Assembly: GCF_018977255.1 (NCBI RefSeq)
Contig: NW_024704743.1
Location: forward strand, 90,894,001-90,958,000
Reading direction: 5' to 3'
Source: Callorhinchus milii
Taxonomy: Eukaryota
Length of the DNA: 64,000 nt
Part shown: positions 62,458 to 64,000 of the stretch, one piece after another
How positions within the stretch are numbered: position 1 is the stretch's first letter
Layout of the letters: each line of letters opens with the position of its first letter
The notes under the pieces: generated by a model
Databases searched by the model: none
Told to the model about the DNA's origin: nothing
The model's input: only the letters and a program-made list of their open reading frames with translations
Translations under genes and position numbers: made by a program

Positions 62458-63230
62458 TATTGACGAGCAGCTTATTTCAAATGCTGTACAGTTCCCAAAA
62501 TAATCATAAAGCAGCAGAGGGACCATTAGATGAGTGCAACCACCACAGATTTAAAAAGAAATTGAAGACAAATTCATTCACCTTTCATGAACAAAAGAGG
62601 GAGTTCAATTATTTTTAAAAAAAATACACATCTTTTACCAGCTCTCACTGAGGAGCTATCGAGAAATGGACGATAGAGATGCTCTTTTGATGTTACAGCC
62701 AGTGAAGCTTCATTCAGCAGCTGGCTTGGCCTTACCTAAGATCAAAGTTGAAGAGCAGAGTGGATAAAACAATAAAAGTGCTGCATTTTCAAGAGCTATG
62801 ATCAATGGGCTGGTCAATGTATTGTACCCCTAAATATTGACCTCACTTGTCTAATTTATTGACAACTGAGGTCAGTATTTAGACAAGCAATATAACCAGG
62901 AATTCTAATATGAATATGATGCCAACCACTGAATATCAGATGAGAAGACACATACCTTCATGAAGCTTGGTGAAAATCTAACAATACTGAGTTGTTTGGA
63001 TACAAAGGTTTACAGGCCAAGGGCAAGAGTGTGCTTGTATTTGAGTTGGCATAAACTATCATCCTGAAAAATATTGGATTACATAAAGTGATTAATCTAC
63101 CTGGTTGAAACAGAAGGAAACACAGAATGTTTTGTAATGTGATTTCACGCTCAACCACCATGTTAAAACAGGTAAATGCCCTCAGTCAAGACAAAGTAGT
63201 TTTGTTTGTGTTATCCATTTCAACCAATAT

Positions 63231-63479
63231 AGGGCGAAACCTTGGGCAAGTTTCCTTACTCCACACGCCTAATAATTATCCCTCCAAAAACCCCAAACAA
63301 TAATAAATTGGTCATTTTCAATCTACGACTGTTTGTGGGAAATTGCTGTGCGCAATTGGCTGCCGCGTTCGCCCACAAATATACAGTCAATTCACTTTAC
63401 AGTGTGTTCTGTGAAGCGCTTTGGGACTTCCTCGTGACGTGAAAAGCGCTATATCAAATGCAAGGATTATTATTATTAT
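63231..63479 (+). mobile_element. 5'-truncated young SINE (an older fragment follows at 63560-63730)
   Basis: Body and tail match the family; tRNA head absent. Confidence 0.88.
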
Positions 63480-63894
63480 ATAGTTAAACTGCACTAGGAA
63501 AATTACAGGCACTCTCATGGCATCTCAGTCATACACCTGTTTGCTAATAGCACTTGTAGCCCACTCAATCCATGACTGTTTGTGGGACACTGCTGTTCGC
63601 AATTGTCCCCCGCGTTTCACCCACAAAATATACAGTCAATTCACTTTACTGCTTATGCTGTGAAGCGCTTTGAGACATCTAGAAGATTTGATAAGGCGCT
63701 ATATCAAATGCAAGTATGATTGTTATTATTCGGTATACTGTGGGCCTGCACCAGACCAAGAAGTATGGTACACCCAATCTCTGGCACTATCTAGCCGACT
63801 GCCCACCCTATTAAATAACTGCTTTTGGGATTGTCATGTTACCTCTGAAGTCACTTCCTCCACTCAGTACATGCCTGCTGTATTCACAGAGGTT

Positions 63895-64000
63895 GCATAT
63901 GCTCCCCCTCGGTGACATCATCCGCAGACATGGAGTTAACTTCCACATGTATGTGGATGACACCCAACTCTACCTTTCCTCCTCTACTCTCAACTCCACG
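63895..64000 (+). mobile_element. L2 RT fragment running off the window
   Basis: [27 protein letters not shown]. Confidence 0.88.

Overview
Repeat-rich vertebrate non-coding DNA (intronic or intergenic); I cannot support any host protein-coding exon. The repeat set points to a cartilaginous fish, most likely a holocephalan such as the elephant shark (recognised from memory, not searched). It comprises a young tRNA-Ala-headed SINE with an L2-type 3' tail (about 10 long copies plus fragments, in long and short variants), older Deu-domain SINEs, an ancient AmnSINE2-like SINE, L2 LINE fragments, and two CR1 subfamilies. One CR1 copy is 5'-complete (~52.2-57.1 kb) with a zinc-finger/SGNH-esterase ORF1 and an APE-RT ORF2. 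There are also three hAT-type MITEs, one piggyBac-like MITE and a Penelope-like inverted-repeat element. Most long ORFs in the track are TE-derived. The strongest observations are: (1) a minimal hammerhead ribozyme motif split in loop II by an L2 insertion; (2) three CR1 copies sharing frameshifts, implying a defective master mobilised in trans; (3) two fold-back palindromes built from L2 tails; (4) a ~90 bp local inverted duplication; (5) compensatory base pairing between the SINE and L2 3' stem-loops. I see no convincing wholly new gene system. Boundaries of old repeats are approximate (about +/-20-50 bp).
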